From NCBI GenBank assembly GCA_964356335.1, contig CAYHHI010000017.1, positions 1 through 63,609 on the forward strand: 63,609 nt of DNA, in the 5' to 3' direction. The position numbers were made by a program, and so were the translations under genes. Below, piece by piece: positions 17,115 to 27,350 of this stretch (position 1 is the stretch's first letter; each line of letters begins with the position of its first letter). The notes beneath the pieces are model-generated. The model made no database searches, was not told the DNA's origin, and saw nothing but the letters and a program-made list of their open reading frames with translations. The DNA is from an uncultured bacterium. GTDB taxonomy: Bacteria; Arandabacterota; Arandabacteria; Arandabacterales; Arandabacteraceae.

Positions 17115-18731
17115 ATGCACAGCGTCTCTAAGGAAAGAATAGCCAAATCCGCTGGGCGCATAAGCGGCGCGACCATGGTGAGCCGCCTTCTCGGAATTGT
17201 CAGGGACAGCGTGTTCGCGGCCTACTTTGGCACGACTTACCTGGCGGATGCCTTCAATATTGCCTTCCTTATTCCCAATTTCCTGCGAAGGATCTTCGGC
17301 GAAGGCATGCTCAATGCCTCCTACGTGCCTGTCTACACTCATTATCTCCACAAAGAAGGCAAGCAAGGTGCCGCTGATCTCGCTGCGAAGATCTTCTCGG
17401 TCATGATCGTGCTTCTGGGCGCGGTGACTATCCTGGGAGTCGCGTTCTCGGGGCCGATAGTCAAGGTATATGCTTACGGCTGGAGGAACTCCCCCGAGAC
17501 TTTCGCCCTGACCGTGAAACTGGCCAAGATCATCTTCCCGTACGTCTTCTTTGTGGGCCTGGCTTCGCTGGCCGGTGGCACCCTGAACAGCCTCGGCTAT
17601 TTCACCATTCCCGCATTCGCCCCTGCGTTCCTGAACATAGCCTTTATCGCCACTGCCTTTACCTTGATGCGATTGGGATCAGGCTCCAGTGAGTCTATGA
17701 TAACAATCTTCTCATATGGCGCAATCCTGGGAGGAGCCCTGCAGGTATTTGTCCAGCTGCCCCAGCTGGTGAAGACCGGCCATAAGATGACGTTCATTCC
17801 CGACTTCAAAGACGCCGGCGTACGCTGGATCGGGCGTCTCATGGTTCCGACCTTGCTTGCCTTTGCATTGACGCAAGTCAATATGCTCGTCGATAGTCTG
17901 CTTGCGACTTTCCTTCCCGAGGGAAGTGTGACCGCCCTGAGGCTGGGGAACCGGATCGCCATCCAGCCGCTCGGCATTTTCGCCGTTGCGATCACGACAG
18001 CGGTCCTGCCCACCCTTTCCGAGCACGCAGCCAAGGAGGACCGAACCAGACTGGTCGATGACTTCGCCTTCTCGATGAAACTCATCCTCGCTTTCCTGAT
18101 CCCTTCAACGGTGGGCATGATCGTCCTGGCGAAGCCCATAGTGAGAGTGCTCTTCGAGCGCGGGGAGTTCACGGCGGCAAAGTCAACTCCGATGACGGTC
18201 AAGGCTCTCACTTACTATACGATCGGACTTTTCGCTTACGGTGGGGTCAAGGCCGTGGTCCAGGCCTTCTACTCGATGAAAGACACCATGACGCCGATGA
18301 AGGTTGCCATCTTCGGTGTGTTCCTCAACATCGGCTTGAATCTAGCTCTGATCCGTCCCTTGGGTCTCATAGGTCTGGCGTCGGCCACTTCGATCACTTC
18401 GATTGTCTCCTTCGCAATCCTCAACATGATCCTCAAGCGAAGGCTCGGCGACATTCGAGGCAGAGACATCTGGATCACGACCCTGAAGATTCTTGCGGCA
18501 TCCGCGGCCATGGGCTTCGTGATGTTCGTCCTGGCCCGAAAGTTTGAACCGATCGCCGTGAACTTGTGGGGTGAGATTGTCCAGCTCGGGATCGCGTCAC
18601 TTGCCGGATTCGGCGCATTCCTCCTGGTCTCCTTTTCTCTCAAGGTCGAAGAGGTTATGTTTCTCTTAGGACTCATATCGAGAAAGCTGGGCGGCAATGG
18701 CAGAGCCAAAACTGGAAGCCAAGGTAGATAG
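17115..18731 (+). CDS. murJ: Lipid II flippase MurJ (MviN)
   Basis: SRLLGIVRD, AFLIPNFLRRIFGEG, LFERGEF, AFYSMKDT; many TM helices; ATG 17115 after SD GAGG. Confidence 0.95.
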   Translation: MHSVSKERIAKSAGRISGATMVSRLLGIVRDSVFAAYFGTTYLADAFNIAFLIPNFLRRIFGEGMLNASYVPVYTHYLHKEGKQGAADLAAKIFSVMIVLLGAVTILGVAFSGPIVKVYAYGWRNSPETFALTVKLAKIIFPYVFFVGLASLAGGTLNSLGYFTIPAFAPAFLNIAFIATAFTLMRLGSGSSESMITIFSYGAILGGALQVFVQLPQLVKTGHKMTFIPDFKDAGVRWIGRLMVPTLLAFALTQVNMLVDSLLATFLPEGSVTALRLGNRIAIQPLGIFAVAITTAVLPTLSEHAAKEDRTRLVDDFAFSMKLILAFLIPSTVGMIVLAKPIVRVLFERGEFTAAKSTPMTVKALTYYTIGLFAYGGVKAVVQAFYSMKDTMTPMKVAIFGVFLNIGLNLALIRPLGLIGLASATSITSIVSFAILNMILKRRLGDIRGRDIWITTLKILAASAAMGFVMFVLARKFEPIAVNLWGEIVQLGIASLAGFGAFLLVSFSLKVEEVMFLLGLISRKLGGNGRAKTGSQGR

Positions 18732-20541
18732 TCTCCCGGACTGCCCCGGGGTTTATACCTTCAAGGATCCGAGAGGCAAGATCATATACGTCGGCAAAGC
18801 CAAATCCCTGAGGTCCAGGGTGAGGTCATATTTCCGCGGCGATGAGGCGCTGGCGCCGCGGACTCTCGCGCTTGTCAAAAGGACGCGCGGACTCGATTTC
18901 ATTGTCACGGGTTCCGAGGTCGAGGCGCTCATCCTCGAGTGCAACCTGATAAAGCACTTCAAGCCCCGGTACAACGTCAATCTCAAGGACGACAAGAAGT
19001 ATCCCTACATAAAAGTGACCACCAGGGAACCGTTTCCGTCGATCTCGGCGACAAGGAACCTGAGCGACACGGGAGCGCGGTACTTCGGTCCTTACACGGA
19101 TGCGAGGGCAATGCGCAGGAGCCTCAAGGTTCTTACGGGAGTCTTTCCCATAAGAACATGCAAACGCAACTTACCCCTCAAAGAGCCTTATCGGGGTTGC
19201 CTCAACTATCATATTGGAAAGTGTATAGGCCCGTGCAGGGGAGAGATAACAAGCGAGGCCTACAAGAAAATCATCCAGCAGGTCTGTCAGTTCCTCTCTG
19301 GGAGAATGACGGAGCTCACGCGGCAGCTCAGGGCCAAAATGGAGGCCGAAGCTTCCGAACTCAAATTCGAGGAAGCTGCCCGCCTGAGGGATCGCCTCAA
19401 GGCTCTTGAAAAGATTGCCCAGAAGCAGATCGCGATTTCAACGGACTGGAAGGACCGCGACGTGATCGGAGTGCGGACAGCCAGGGATCAGGCCGTGGGT
19501 GTTGTTCTCAAGGTGAGGGAAGGCAAGCTGGTCGGCAAGGAAGCGTACCGGTTGGGATTCGAGGGCGAGCCGGCCCGCGATGAAATTCTGACGTCCTTTA
19601 ACGAGCAGTATCTTGGTCTTGCGACAGACCTGCCTCGTGAAATCCTTGTGGAGGAAATGCCAGAGGAGGTTCGACTCATAGAGGATTGGCTCCATGAGAA
19701 GACCGGGGAGCGCATTCGCTTCCTGAGTCCCAAGAGCGGCAAAGGCCGGGAGCTCCTGAGCATGGCGGCGAATAATGCGCAGCTCCTACTGACTGAAGCT
19801 CAGGTGGGGAAACCGGCACCCAGGGTAGCCAATTCGGTGAAGGAGTTGGCCAAGTGGCTTAACTTGCCCGCGCTGCCGAAGACCATAGAAGCCTTCGATA
19901 TCTCGACCACTCAAGGCGCCCAGCCCGTCGGCTCGAGGGTTTTTTTCAAGAATGCGAGGCCGGCCAAGAGCCTTTACAGGCACTATGCGATAAAGACGGT
20001 TGAAGGCCAGGACGACTTCGCGATGATACGGGAAGTCCTGAGCAGAAGTTGGTCTCATGTGATTGCGGGAGAAGAGAAGAAACCAGATCTTGTCTTGATC
20101 GACGGCGGCAGAGGACAGGTCTCGAGCGCCATCCAGGGTATGCTCGACGCTGGTTCCTCTCAAACCGAGATGCCACCCGTTGTCGGAATCGCAAAGCGCC
20201 TCGATGAGCTCTATCTGCCGGATCGCGCAGAGCCCGTACAGATACCGCATGCCTCATCCGCGCTTCGGCTGCTTCAACGCGTTCGGGACGAGGCCCACAG
20301 ATTCGCCATCACCTATCATCGCAAGGTAAGAAGACGGGAAAGCACAAAATCTCTGCTTGAGGCTGTCCCCGGGATAGGGCCTGTAGTGACAAGGCGACTG
20401 CTAGAGACCTTCGGGTCGCTTGAGGGGGTAAGGGGTGCGGCCATCGACGATCTCCTTAAGGTGAAGGGAGTGACCATGAAAAAGGCCGAAGCAGTTCTGG
20501 CGACATTGAAGAATCTTGAACCTGGCGGGCGAAACGAGTAG
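18697..20541 (+). CDS. uvrC: Excinuclease ABC subunit C
   Basis: PGVY, IYVGKAKSLRSRVRSYF, IEAFDIS, LIDGG, RDEAHRFAI, C-terminal HhH. Confidence 0.97.
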   Translation: MAEPKLEAKVDSLPDCPGVYTFKDPRGKIIYVGKAKSLRSRVRSYFRGDEALAPRTLALVKRTRGLDFIVTGSEVEALILECNLIKHFKPRYNVNLKDDKKYPYIKVTTREPFPSISATRNLSDTGARYFGPYTDARAMRRSLKVLTGVFPIRTCKRNLPLKEPYRGCLNYHIGKCIGPCRGEITSEAYKKIIQQVCQFLSGRMTELTRQLRAKMEAEASELKFEEAARLRDRLKALEKIAQKQIAISTDWKDRDVIGVRTARDQAVGVVLKVREGKLVGKEAYRLGFEGEPARDEILTSFNEQYLGLATDLPREILVEEMPEEVRLIEDWLHEKTGERIRFLSPKSGKGRELLSMAANNAQLLLTEAQVGKPAPRVANSVKELAKWLNLPALPKTIEAFDISTTQGAQPVGSRVFFKNARPAKSLYRHYAIKTVEGQDDFAMIREVLSRSWSHVIAGEEKKPDLVLIDGGRGQVSSAIQGMLDAGSSQTEMPPVVGIAKRLDELYLPDRAEPVQIPHASSALRLLQRVRDEAHRFAITYHRKVRRRESTKSLLEAVPGIGPVVTRRLLETFGSLEGVRGAAIDDLLKVKGVTMKKAEAVLATLKNLEPGGRNE

Positions 20542-20647
20542 GCTCTCAGGAGACACGAGGCGACCCGATATGATAAGGCCGGATCGCCTGACACCAAATA
20601 GACTGGAAACGGCGAAGCGAAACTGAAAGGGTTGTGAGGACTGGGCG

Positions 20648-21175
20648 ATGCTCGTGATAAACCACCTGACGATCAATACTGGGCTTGGTGAGCTCTGGCT
20701 TGGGAGCACTCCGAAAGGCCTATTCTCTCTCAACATGGGTGGCGTGGACAGCGATGCCCTCAGGGGGCTCTTTGCGGGGCGAAAAGAAATCGTTTTCAAA
20801 GAGGGTGGAGGAATAGCCGAGAAAGCGGCGCGTGAAGTATTGCGTTATTTTGAGGGCAAGCACAAGAAGTTCTCTGTGCCGCTTGATCTCACAGGCTGGT
20901 CCCCCTTTGCGAAGCACGTATGGCGAGTAACGGCGCGCATCCCCTTTGGTCAGGTCAGGGCCTACGCCTGGGTAGCAGATAGAGTTGGTGGGCCCAACTT
21001 CGCAAGGGCTGTAGGCGGAGCCCTCGGCATGAACCCAATCCCCATCATCGTACCGTGCCACAGAGTTGTCGGAGCTCACGGCTCGCTCGGTGGGTTCACG
21101 GGCGGGCTTCACCTGAAGCGCTGGCTCCTCGAGTTTGAAGCCGGGAGTCAGGCCTTACCCTGGCTGGAACCCTGA
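20648..21175 (+). CDS. ogt: Methylated-DNA--protein-cysteine methyltransferase
   Basis: ARAVGGA...NPIPIIVPCHRVV. Confidence 0.93.
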   Translation: MLVINHLTINTGLGELWLGSTPKGLFSLNMGGVDSDALRGLFAGRKEIVFKEGGGIAEKAAREVLRYFEGKHKKFSVPLDLTGWSPFAKHVWRVTARIPFGQVRAYAWVADRVGGPNFARAVGGALGMNPIPIIVPCHRVVGAHGSLGGFTGGLHLKRWLLEFEAGSQALPWLEP

Positions 21176-21202
21176 CGTGCTCGGTTCGTGAGGAGAGCCT
21201 GG

Positions 21203-21838
21203 ATGGATTCGGACATAGATATCAGATGCGTGGTCGCAGGAATGCTTGAAGGCAACTGCTACGTGATTAGGTGCAACAGGGCTGGCGAGGGCATAGTGAT
21301 AGATCCTGGCGATGAACCCGAACGCATCTCGGATGAGATGAAGGCAATGGGTATTCGGCCTGAGGTCATTCTCCTCACACACGGCCACATCGATCACACC
21401 AACGCGGCAAGCACTCTTCGAAAGCGTTTCAGATCACGCGTCGTCTGTCATCGGCTTGACGCACCGATGGTGAAGGCAAAGAACCAGGAATCTCTCTGGG
21501 GCTTGGCGCACACGCCGTGCACGGTTGACCAGGAGGTATCTGAGGGTGAGATCCTCACCACAGGAGGTAGAGCCCTGAAGGTGCTCCACACCCCCGGTCA
21601 CACGCGCGGCAGCGTCTGTTACATCATGGGGAATCTCCTCTTTAGCGGTGACACGCTTTTCAAGGGCTCGATCGGAAGGACTGATCTGCCAGGTGGTTCG
21701 GAGCGCGAGATGATGGCGAGCCTGCACGACAGAATAGCCACGCTTGATGACCAGATGATAGTGTATCCCGGCCACGGCCCCAGCACGACGATCGGTGAGG
21801 AAAAGCGACTCAATCCGTTCCTTCAACCACAATGGTAG
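21203..21838 (+). CDS. MBL-fold metallo-hydrolase (glyoxalase II/YcbL-like)
   Basis: THGHIDH, HTPGHT, SGDTLF, GRTDLPGG, YPGHG. Confidence 0.92.
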   Translation: MDSDIDIRCVVAGMLEGNCYVIRCNRAGEGIVIDPGDEPERISDEMKAMGIRPEVILLTHGHIDHTNAASTLRKRFRSRVVCHRLDAPMVKAKNQESLWGLAHTPCTVDQEVSEGEILTTGGRALKVLHTPGHTRGSVCYIMGNLLFSGDTLFKGSIGRTDLPGGSEREMMASLHDRIATLDDQMIVYPGHGPSTTIGEEKRLNPFLQPQW

Positions 21839-22761
21839 AATTGTTAAAGGAATTCACTGACTGGCTCAGCATGGAAAGAGGCGCATCGCCGAATACGGTT
21901 GCCTCGTACGGAAACGACTTGAGAAAGTACGTCGAGTTCCTGGTATCGTCGGGCAAGGCTGGCCCATCCTCGGTCGAGGACAAAGATGTATATGCCTATC
22001 TGTCATTCCTGAGCGAATGCGGCATGTCCCCTTCAAGCATAAGGCGTGAGATTTCATCGATAAGAGCCTTCCACCGTTTCTTGATTGCTGAGTCTCATGC
22101 TACCAAGGACCCCACCACCCGTGTCGTCCTTCCCAGGGTGTGGAAGCGAGTTCCCAAGGCGCTCACCGTACCTCAGATTGAGGCCTTGCTCGCCGAGCCT
22201 GATGCCGACTTGCCCCTTGGCCTCAGGGACAAGGCAATCCTTGAGTTCACCTATGCCACGGGGATGAGGGTCTCGGAAGTGATCAGTTTTCGCCTGAGGG
22301 ATCTCAACTTCGAAACGGGGACTGCCCGGTGCGTGGGCAAGGGCTCACGCGAGCGCATAATTCCTGTGGGTTCGATAGCCATCAAGTGGGTACGATCTTA
22401 TGTGCAAGACGTGAGACCCACGCTTCTCAAGGGGGCTCGCCCCGAAATTCTTTTCCTCAACTGGAGAGGAAAACCCCTGACGAGGATGGGATTCTGGAAG
22501 ATTCTGGCAAAGTACGCCAGGCAGGCAGGCGTGAAGGCAAAGGTCACGCCTCATGTCTTGAGGCATTCCTTTGCCACTCACTTGCTTGAGGGTGGGGCGA
22601 GCCTGAGGGACGTCCAGCAGATGCTGGGGCACAGATCCATATCGACCACCCAGATTTACACCAAGGTGGACATGGAGTATCTGCGAGAAGTTATCATAGA
22701 GTTCCACCCGCGGGGGAAACTAGTCGGCGGTGGGTCCTCGAAAGCGAGAGGGGCGGCTTAA
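21832..22761 (+). CDS. xerD: Site-specific tyrosine recombinase XerD
   Basis: LGLRDKAILE..YATGMRVSE, GKGSRER, TPHVLRHSFATHLLEGGA, LGH..ISTTQIYT. Confidence 0.93.
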   Translation: MVELLKEFTDWLSMERGASPNTVASYGNDLRKYVEFLVSSGKAGPSSVEDKDVYAYLSFLSECGMSPSSIRREISSIRAFHRFLIAESHATKDPTTRVVLPRVWKRVPKALTVPQIEALLAEPDADLPLGLRDKAILEFTYATGMRVSEVISFRLRDLNFETGTARCVGKGSRERIIPVGSIAIKWVRSYVQDVRPTLLKGARPEILFLNWRGKPLTRMGFWKILAKYARQAGVKAKVTPHVLRHSFATHLLEGGASLRDVQQMLGHRSISTTQIYTKVDMEYLREVIIEFHPRGKLVGGGSSKARGAA

Positions 22762-22762
22762 A

Positions 22763-24160
22763 GTGGTGCACGGACGCGAGAGCACTGCGAAGCATAAGGT
22801 GAAGCGAGGGAAGCGTCTCGTGGGACGCCGCGCTCAAGCGAAGAGAGCGAATCTGCGAATAGATCGAGAAGCGGCAGAGAAAACTCTTGCAGAGAGATTC
22901 AAGAAGTCTCTGTCCCCTCGAAGTCACAGGTTGCTGCGGATGGTGGGCAGGTTATCGCAGGACATGGGTTCGAGAGCCTATCTTGTGGGAGGCATCGTCA
23001 GGGATATTGCGATAGGGTATCCCAACACCGACCTCGACATAGCAGTTGAGATGGATGCGGAGAGGGTCGCGCGGGAGTTCGCGCATAGAGTTGGGGGCAG
23101 TTTCAAAAGTCTCACGCAATTCGGCACCTGCAAGGTCGAGACAAAGGCCTTCGGCACGCTTGATTTCGCCACTGCCCGACGGGAAATCTATCGCCGTCCT
23201 GGAGCCCTCCCCGATACCGACGTTTCCAACATGATTCAGGATCTCCTGCGGAGGGATTTCAGCGTCAATGCGATGGCAATTTGCCTCAACCCACGGGAGT
23301 ACGGACAGCTGCTTGATCTTTGTGGCGGTCTCCGTGACCTGCGGCGTGGGAAGCTGCGAGTGATGCATGACAGGAGTTTCATCGACGATCCCACAAGGAT
23401 TCTCCGTGGCATCCGATTTGGGGCACGTTATGGCTTCGGATTTGAGAAAGGAACCCTGGGGCTTCTTCGCCAATGCCTCGAGACCGGCGGCTTCAGTTCG
23501 ATCTCAGGCAAAAGGATTTACACAGAAGTCAAACTCATTTGTATGGAGGCCAATGCTCTTCGCGGTCTCAAGATGCTTGAAAGGTATGGAATCCTTGAGA
23601 TCACGCTTGGCGCGCGCGGTGGTCGTGGCAATCTGCTCGACGTCCGGCGGAGGCTTCCACGTGCGATTCTGAACATAGAACGTGCGGCAGGCGCGGAATT
23701 CGCAGAGAGGTGGATTTGCTGGTTCGCATCGCTTTTTGCCGGTATGGGCGGCAAGCGAGCTCGTGTTCTTGTCTCATATTTCAATCTGTCCAAGGAAGTC
23801 AGGGCCGTCTGCCTGTGGATGGCAGAGGATTGCAGGCGTGTTGCCGCTCGCCTGGCTAAACTGGGTTCAGCGCAGGCCTGCCAGGTCACAGTGCTCCTCA
23901 AGCCGATCCCACCTGAGGGCCTCGTCCATCTCCATGCTGTCTCTTCTATGGCTGCCAAGGATCTCATCGTCAAGTACCTGGCAATCTGGCGCCATGTGGC
24001 TCCGTCGCTTTCGGGTGGGGAGATCGCCTCGATGGGTGTGGGGGAGGGCCCGCTTGTAGGCAGAATACTTACCGAGATTCTAAGATTGAAACTCACCGGC
24101 AAGCTCAAGACGCGAGATGACGAGATGGCTTATGTCAGGCGTCATGCAGGCCGCCGCTGA
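22763..24160 (+). CDS. Class II tRNA nucleotidyltransferase (CCA- or A-adding)
   Basis: YLVGGIVRD, DLDI, DFATARRE..PGALP, RRDFSVNAMA, DDPTRILR; start uncertain (22730 or 22763). Confidence 0.85.
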   Translation: MVHGRESTAKHKVKRGKRLVGRRAQAKRANLRIDREAAEKTLAERFKKSLSPRSHRLLRMVGRLSQDMGSRAYLVGGIVRDIAIGYPNTDLDIAVEMDAERVAREFAHRVGGSFKSLTQFGTCKVETKAFGTLDFATARREIYRRPGALPDTDVSNMIQDLLRRDFSVNAMAICLNPREYGQLLDLCGGLRDLRRGKLRVMHDRSFIDDPTRILRGIRFGARYGFGFEKGTLGLLRQCLETGGFSSISGKRIYTEVKLICMEANALRGLKMLERYGILEITLGARGGRGNLLDVRRRLPRAILNIERAAGAEFAERWICWFASLFAGMGGKRARVLVSYFNLSKEVRAVCLWMAEDCRRVAARLAKLGSAQACQVTVLLKPIPPEGLVHLHAVSSMAAKDLIVKYLAIWRHVAPSLSGGEIASMGVGEGPLVGRILTEILRLKLTGKLKTRDDEMAYVRRHAGRR

Positions 24161-24304
24161 AGCGCAGAAGAACGGAACAGCAGGCATGCTTAGAGATACG
24201 GCGGGAACGGGTTGCGGTTCACGCCTGGGAGCAAGCCGAGGAGAGGAATGCTCGGGAGATGGCATAGGAGGAGGAGTGCCAAGGTGGGGATTGGGAAATC
24301 GGTG

Positions 24305-24334
24305 TTGACACCCGCAAGCCGCAGGTGCTATATT
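24305..24334 (+). promoter_or_regulatory. Sigma-70-type promoter for the M50 protease-trpS-scpAB operon
   Basis: TTGACA-18 nt-TATATT with TGn. Confidence 0.7.
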
Positions 24335-24381
24335 CCCTCAAAATCCAGGGCTCACGCGAGTGAGCAAGGGGGCATAGTTCA

Positions 24382-25035
24382 ATACAAGGCGCAGTAGCGG
24401 GTGTCTTTGCAATACTTCTGGGGCTGAGCATCCATGAATATGCTCATGCGAGGATAGCCAGGCTTCAAGGCGATCATACCGCCGAGCAGTTGGGCCGGGT
24501 CACCCTCAATCCTCTCGCTCACATAGACATAATCGGCACCATAGTCGTTCCCTTAGTGCTACTCGTGAGTTCGGGTGGAAGAATGGGTTTCGGCTGGGCC
24601 AAGCCTGTGCCGATAAACCCATTTGCCTTCAGGCATCCGAGAAGAGGGATACTGCTTGTATCTCTGGCCGGCCCCGTTTCCAATATCGGGCTTGCCCTGA
24701 TAGCCGGCATCTTGCTGCGAGCCTTCGTGGGCTCCGTGCCCCATACGGGGCTTCAGTCGTCTCTTGCCCTGATTCTGAGTTCGATCGCCATAATCAACCT
24801 TTACCTCGCCTTTTTCAATCTGATCCCGATACCGCCGCTTGACGGCGGAGGTGTCCTCTCATCCATCCTTCCGGTTGAATACGCCAAGAAGTACGAAGGC
24901 ATCAGCCGCTATGGGACACTGGTGGTCTTGGGTCTGATCGTGCTCGGCGGCTTCGGCGGAGTGAGTATCATCGGCCTTATCATACAGCGGCCTGCCGCTT
25001 TTCTATTCAGGTTGTTCACGGGTCCCGGGTTCTGA
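24382..25035 (+). CDS. Site-2 (M50) intramembrane metalloprotease; probable ATA start
   Basis: The frame upstream of track start 24490 encodes AILLGLSIHEYAHA (HExxH); also GWAKPVP, AGPVSN and FNLIPIPPLDG; in-frame stop at 24361. Confidence 0.88.
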   Translation: MQGAVAGVFAILLGLSIHEYAHARIARLQGDHTAEQLGRVTLNPLAHIDIIGTIVVPLVLLVSSGGRMGFGWAKPVPINPFAFRHPRRGILLVSLAGPVSNIGLALIAGILLRAFVGSVPHTGLQSSLALILSSIAIINLYLAFFNLIPIPPLDGGGVLSSILPVEYAKKYEGISRYGTLVVLGLIVLGGFGGVSIIGLIIQRPAAFLFRLFTGPGF

Positions 25036-25042
25036 GGGAGCA

Positions 25043-26035
25043 ATGATGGCGCAGAAAACCATTTTGAGTGGTATGAGACCGACAGGCAAACTTCATCTCG
25101 GCAACTATGTGGGGGTCCTCGCCAACTGGGTGAGGCTCCAGGATGAGTACAGGTGCTTCTTCGAGGTTGCCGATTGGCATGCTATCACAACGGCGTATGA
25201 GCACACTGAGGAGATTGCCGATGACAGCATGGACGTCGTGATTGACTGGCTTGCCTCCGGCATAGATCCTGAGAAGAGCATTGTGTTTGTCCAGTCCGAG
25301 GTCAAGCAACACGCCGAGTTGCACCTGCTTCTCTCGATGCTCATTACAGTGGCCAGGCTCGAAAGAAACCCGACCCTGAAGGAACAGGTGCGGGACCTCG
25401 AGCTCGGCGAAAACGTCACCTATGGTCATCTCGGTTATCCGGTGCTCCAGGCAGCTGACATCCTGATCTATAAGGCGAATGCAGTTCCGGTGGGTGAGGA
25501 TCAGCTTCCGCATCTTGAGATAACACGGGAGATCGCACGCCGCTTCAATACGCTCTACAATAAGGAAGTCTTTCCCGTGCCGGAGCCGCTCCTGACCGAG
25601 TTCGCAAGGCTCCCGGGGCTCGATGGTAAGCGAATGAGCAAGTCCCTGGGAAACGCGATCCTGATCTGTGACCCGCCGGAAGTGATAGGGAAGAAAGTGG
25701 CCACAGCCATAACCGATCCTGAGAAGATCTACATGGGAGACGCCGGGCACCCGGATATCTGCAACATCTTCGCATATCAGCGAAGATTTAACTCCGAGGC
25801 GGTGGGCGAGATAAAGACAACCTGCATTGCGGGCACGCGGGGCTGTGTCGCTTGCAAGAAGGAATCCGCGGCCGCGATCTCGGGCTTTCTAGCACCCATA
25901 CGTGAACGGAGAAGTCATTACGAGACCGACAGGGCGACCGTTATGAAGATCCTTGACAAAGGCGCTGAAAGAGCTCGCGAGATCGCCGAGAACACAATGG
26001 TCGAAGTGAGGAAGGCAATGAGCTTCGGGAGGTAG
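25043..26035 (+). CDS. trpS: Tryptophan--tRNA ligase
   Basis: SGMRPTGKLHLGNY, YPVLQAADI, PVGEDQ, RMSKS. Confidence 0.97.
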   Translation: MMAQKTILSGMRPTGKLHLGNYVGVLANWVRLQDEYRCFFEVADWHAITTAYEHTEEIADDSMDVVIDWLASGIDPEKSIVFVQSEVKQHAELHLLLSMLITVARLERNPTLKEQVRDLELGENVTYGHLGYPVLQAADILIYKANAVPVGEDQLPHLEITREIARRFNTLYNKEVFPVPEPLLTEFARLPGLDGKRMSKSLGNAILICDPPEVIGKKVATAITDPEKIYMGDAGHPDICNIFAYQRRFNSEAVGEIKTTCIAGTRGCVACKKESAAAISGFLAPIRERRSHYETDRATVMKILDKGAERAREIAENTMVEVRKAMSFGR

Positions 26036-26041
26036 GTTCCA

Positions 26042-26764
26042 TTGGAGTACAAGGTCAAACTGGAGCAATTCGAGGGTCCCCTTGATCTGCTCCTCTATCT
26101 CATAAAGAAAGAAGAGATCAACATCTATGACATTCCCATAGCCCAGATCACCCAGCAGTATCTGGATCACATAAGAATGCTTGAGTTCCTGAACCTTGAG
26201 CTGGCGGGCGAATTCCTCGTGATGGCAGCGACCCTGATGAGGATAAAGGCCCGCATGCTGCTGCCTGTGAGAAGTGACGGGGACGAGGAAGAGGAAGATC
26301 CGCGGCAGGCGCTCGTTCAGCAGCTCCTCGAGTACCAGAAGTTCAAAGAGGCCGCGTCGCAACTGGAGACGATGGAATACCAGAGGCGCATGCTTTTCTT
26401 GAGACCTGAGGCTCCAGAGGGCGAAGACCTCGTTGAGATCGAATGCACCTACAATCTTTTTGATCTCATCGCTGCCTTCAAGAAGGTGCTTGATAAGGTC
26501 CAGGTGAGATATCTCGAGGTACGCGCGGAAGAGATCTCGCTTGAGGAGAAGATAGATTTCCTCAAGCGCAAGATCGAAGAGGCCGGTATCGTCGCATTCG
26601 GAGATCTCTTCGACGGCAAGTCAACCAGAATGGATCTCATAGTGACCTTCCTCGCCTTGCTTGAGATCTTGAGGCTTGGCTTCGCAATGGTCAAGCAGAC
26701 CAAGCCCTTCGGCGAAATCTGGATTCATCGGACCGGTGGGGAGAGACCTGATGGAAGAGATTAA
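26042..26764 (+). CDS. scpA: Segregation/condensation protein A
   Basis: FEGPLDLLLYLI, FLVMAATL, EDPR, VTFLALLE. Confidence 0.96.
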   Translation: MEYKVKLEQFEGPLDLLLYLIKKEEINIYDIPIAQITQQYLDHIRMLEFLNLELAGEFLVMAATLMRIKARMLLPVRSDGDEEEEDPRQALVQQLLEYQKFKEAASQLETMEYQRRMLFLRPEAPEGEDLVEIECTYNLFDLIAAFKKVLDKVQVRYLEVRAEEISLEEKIDFLKRKIEEAGIVAFGDLFDGKSTRMDLIVTFLALLEILRLGFAMVKQTKPFGEIWIHRTGGERPDGRD

Positions 26765-27350
26765 GAGGATAGTGGAGGCCTTGCTTTTTGCATCTCCCGA
26801 TCCGCTTAGTGTTGAGAGGATATTGGCTATTGTCCCTGGGGTGGAGAGGGACGAGGTCGTCCAGGCTGCGCAGGAGCTCTGTGAGGATTACGCTAAGGAG
26901 GCCAGATCTTTTCAGATAGTCGAGGTTGGGGGCGGATATCAGATTACAACCAAGCCCGATTATGCTGTTTGGGTTGAAAAGCTCTTTGAGACTGGATCGA
27001 AGGCCAGGCTTTCCAAAGCAGCGCTCGAGACCCTTGCAGTTGTGGCATACAAGCAGCCTGTCCTGCGCTCGGCTGTCGAAAGCATCCGCGGCGTCAATGT
27101 TGATGGTGTATTGAGAACGCTGATGGAGCGTAACTTCGTAAGGATAGTGGGCAGAGGCGAGGGACCGGGACGTCCTTTGCTCTTCGGAACGACCAAGGAT
27201 TTCCTGATTCAATTTGGCATCAATCGACTGAGCGATCTACCCAAGGTTGAGGAGATAGATGAGCTTGTGGGCGAGAACCTGATTCCGCCGCCGAATGCCC
27301 CGCCCGAGCTCGCATCCCAAGAATATGCCGACCAGGGTGAGACTCAATAA
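26751..27350 (+). CDS. scpB: Segregation/condensation protein B
   Basis: IVEALLFAS, LSKAALETLAVVAYKQP, IRGVN, GRPLLFGTT; ATG at 26751. Confidence 0.96.
   Translation: MEEIKRIVEALLFASPDPLSVERILAIVPGVERDEVVQAAQELCEDYAKEARSFQIVEVGGGYQITTKPDYAVWVEKLFETGSKARLSKAALETLAVVAYKQPVLRSAVESIRGVNVDGVLRTLMERNFVRIVGRGEGPGRPLLFGTTKDFLIQFGINRLSDLPKVEEIDELVGENLIPPPNAPPELASQEYADQGETQ

Noticed and set aside
21832-22761. Tyrosine recombinase as an integrase of a mobile element
   Set aside because: Typical XerD motifs, embedded in a housekeeping operon, with no att repeats or cargo
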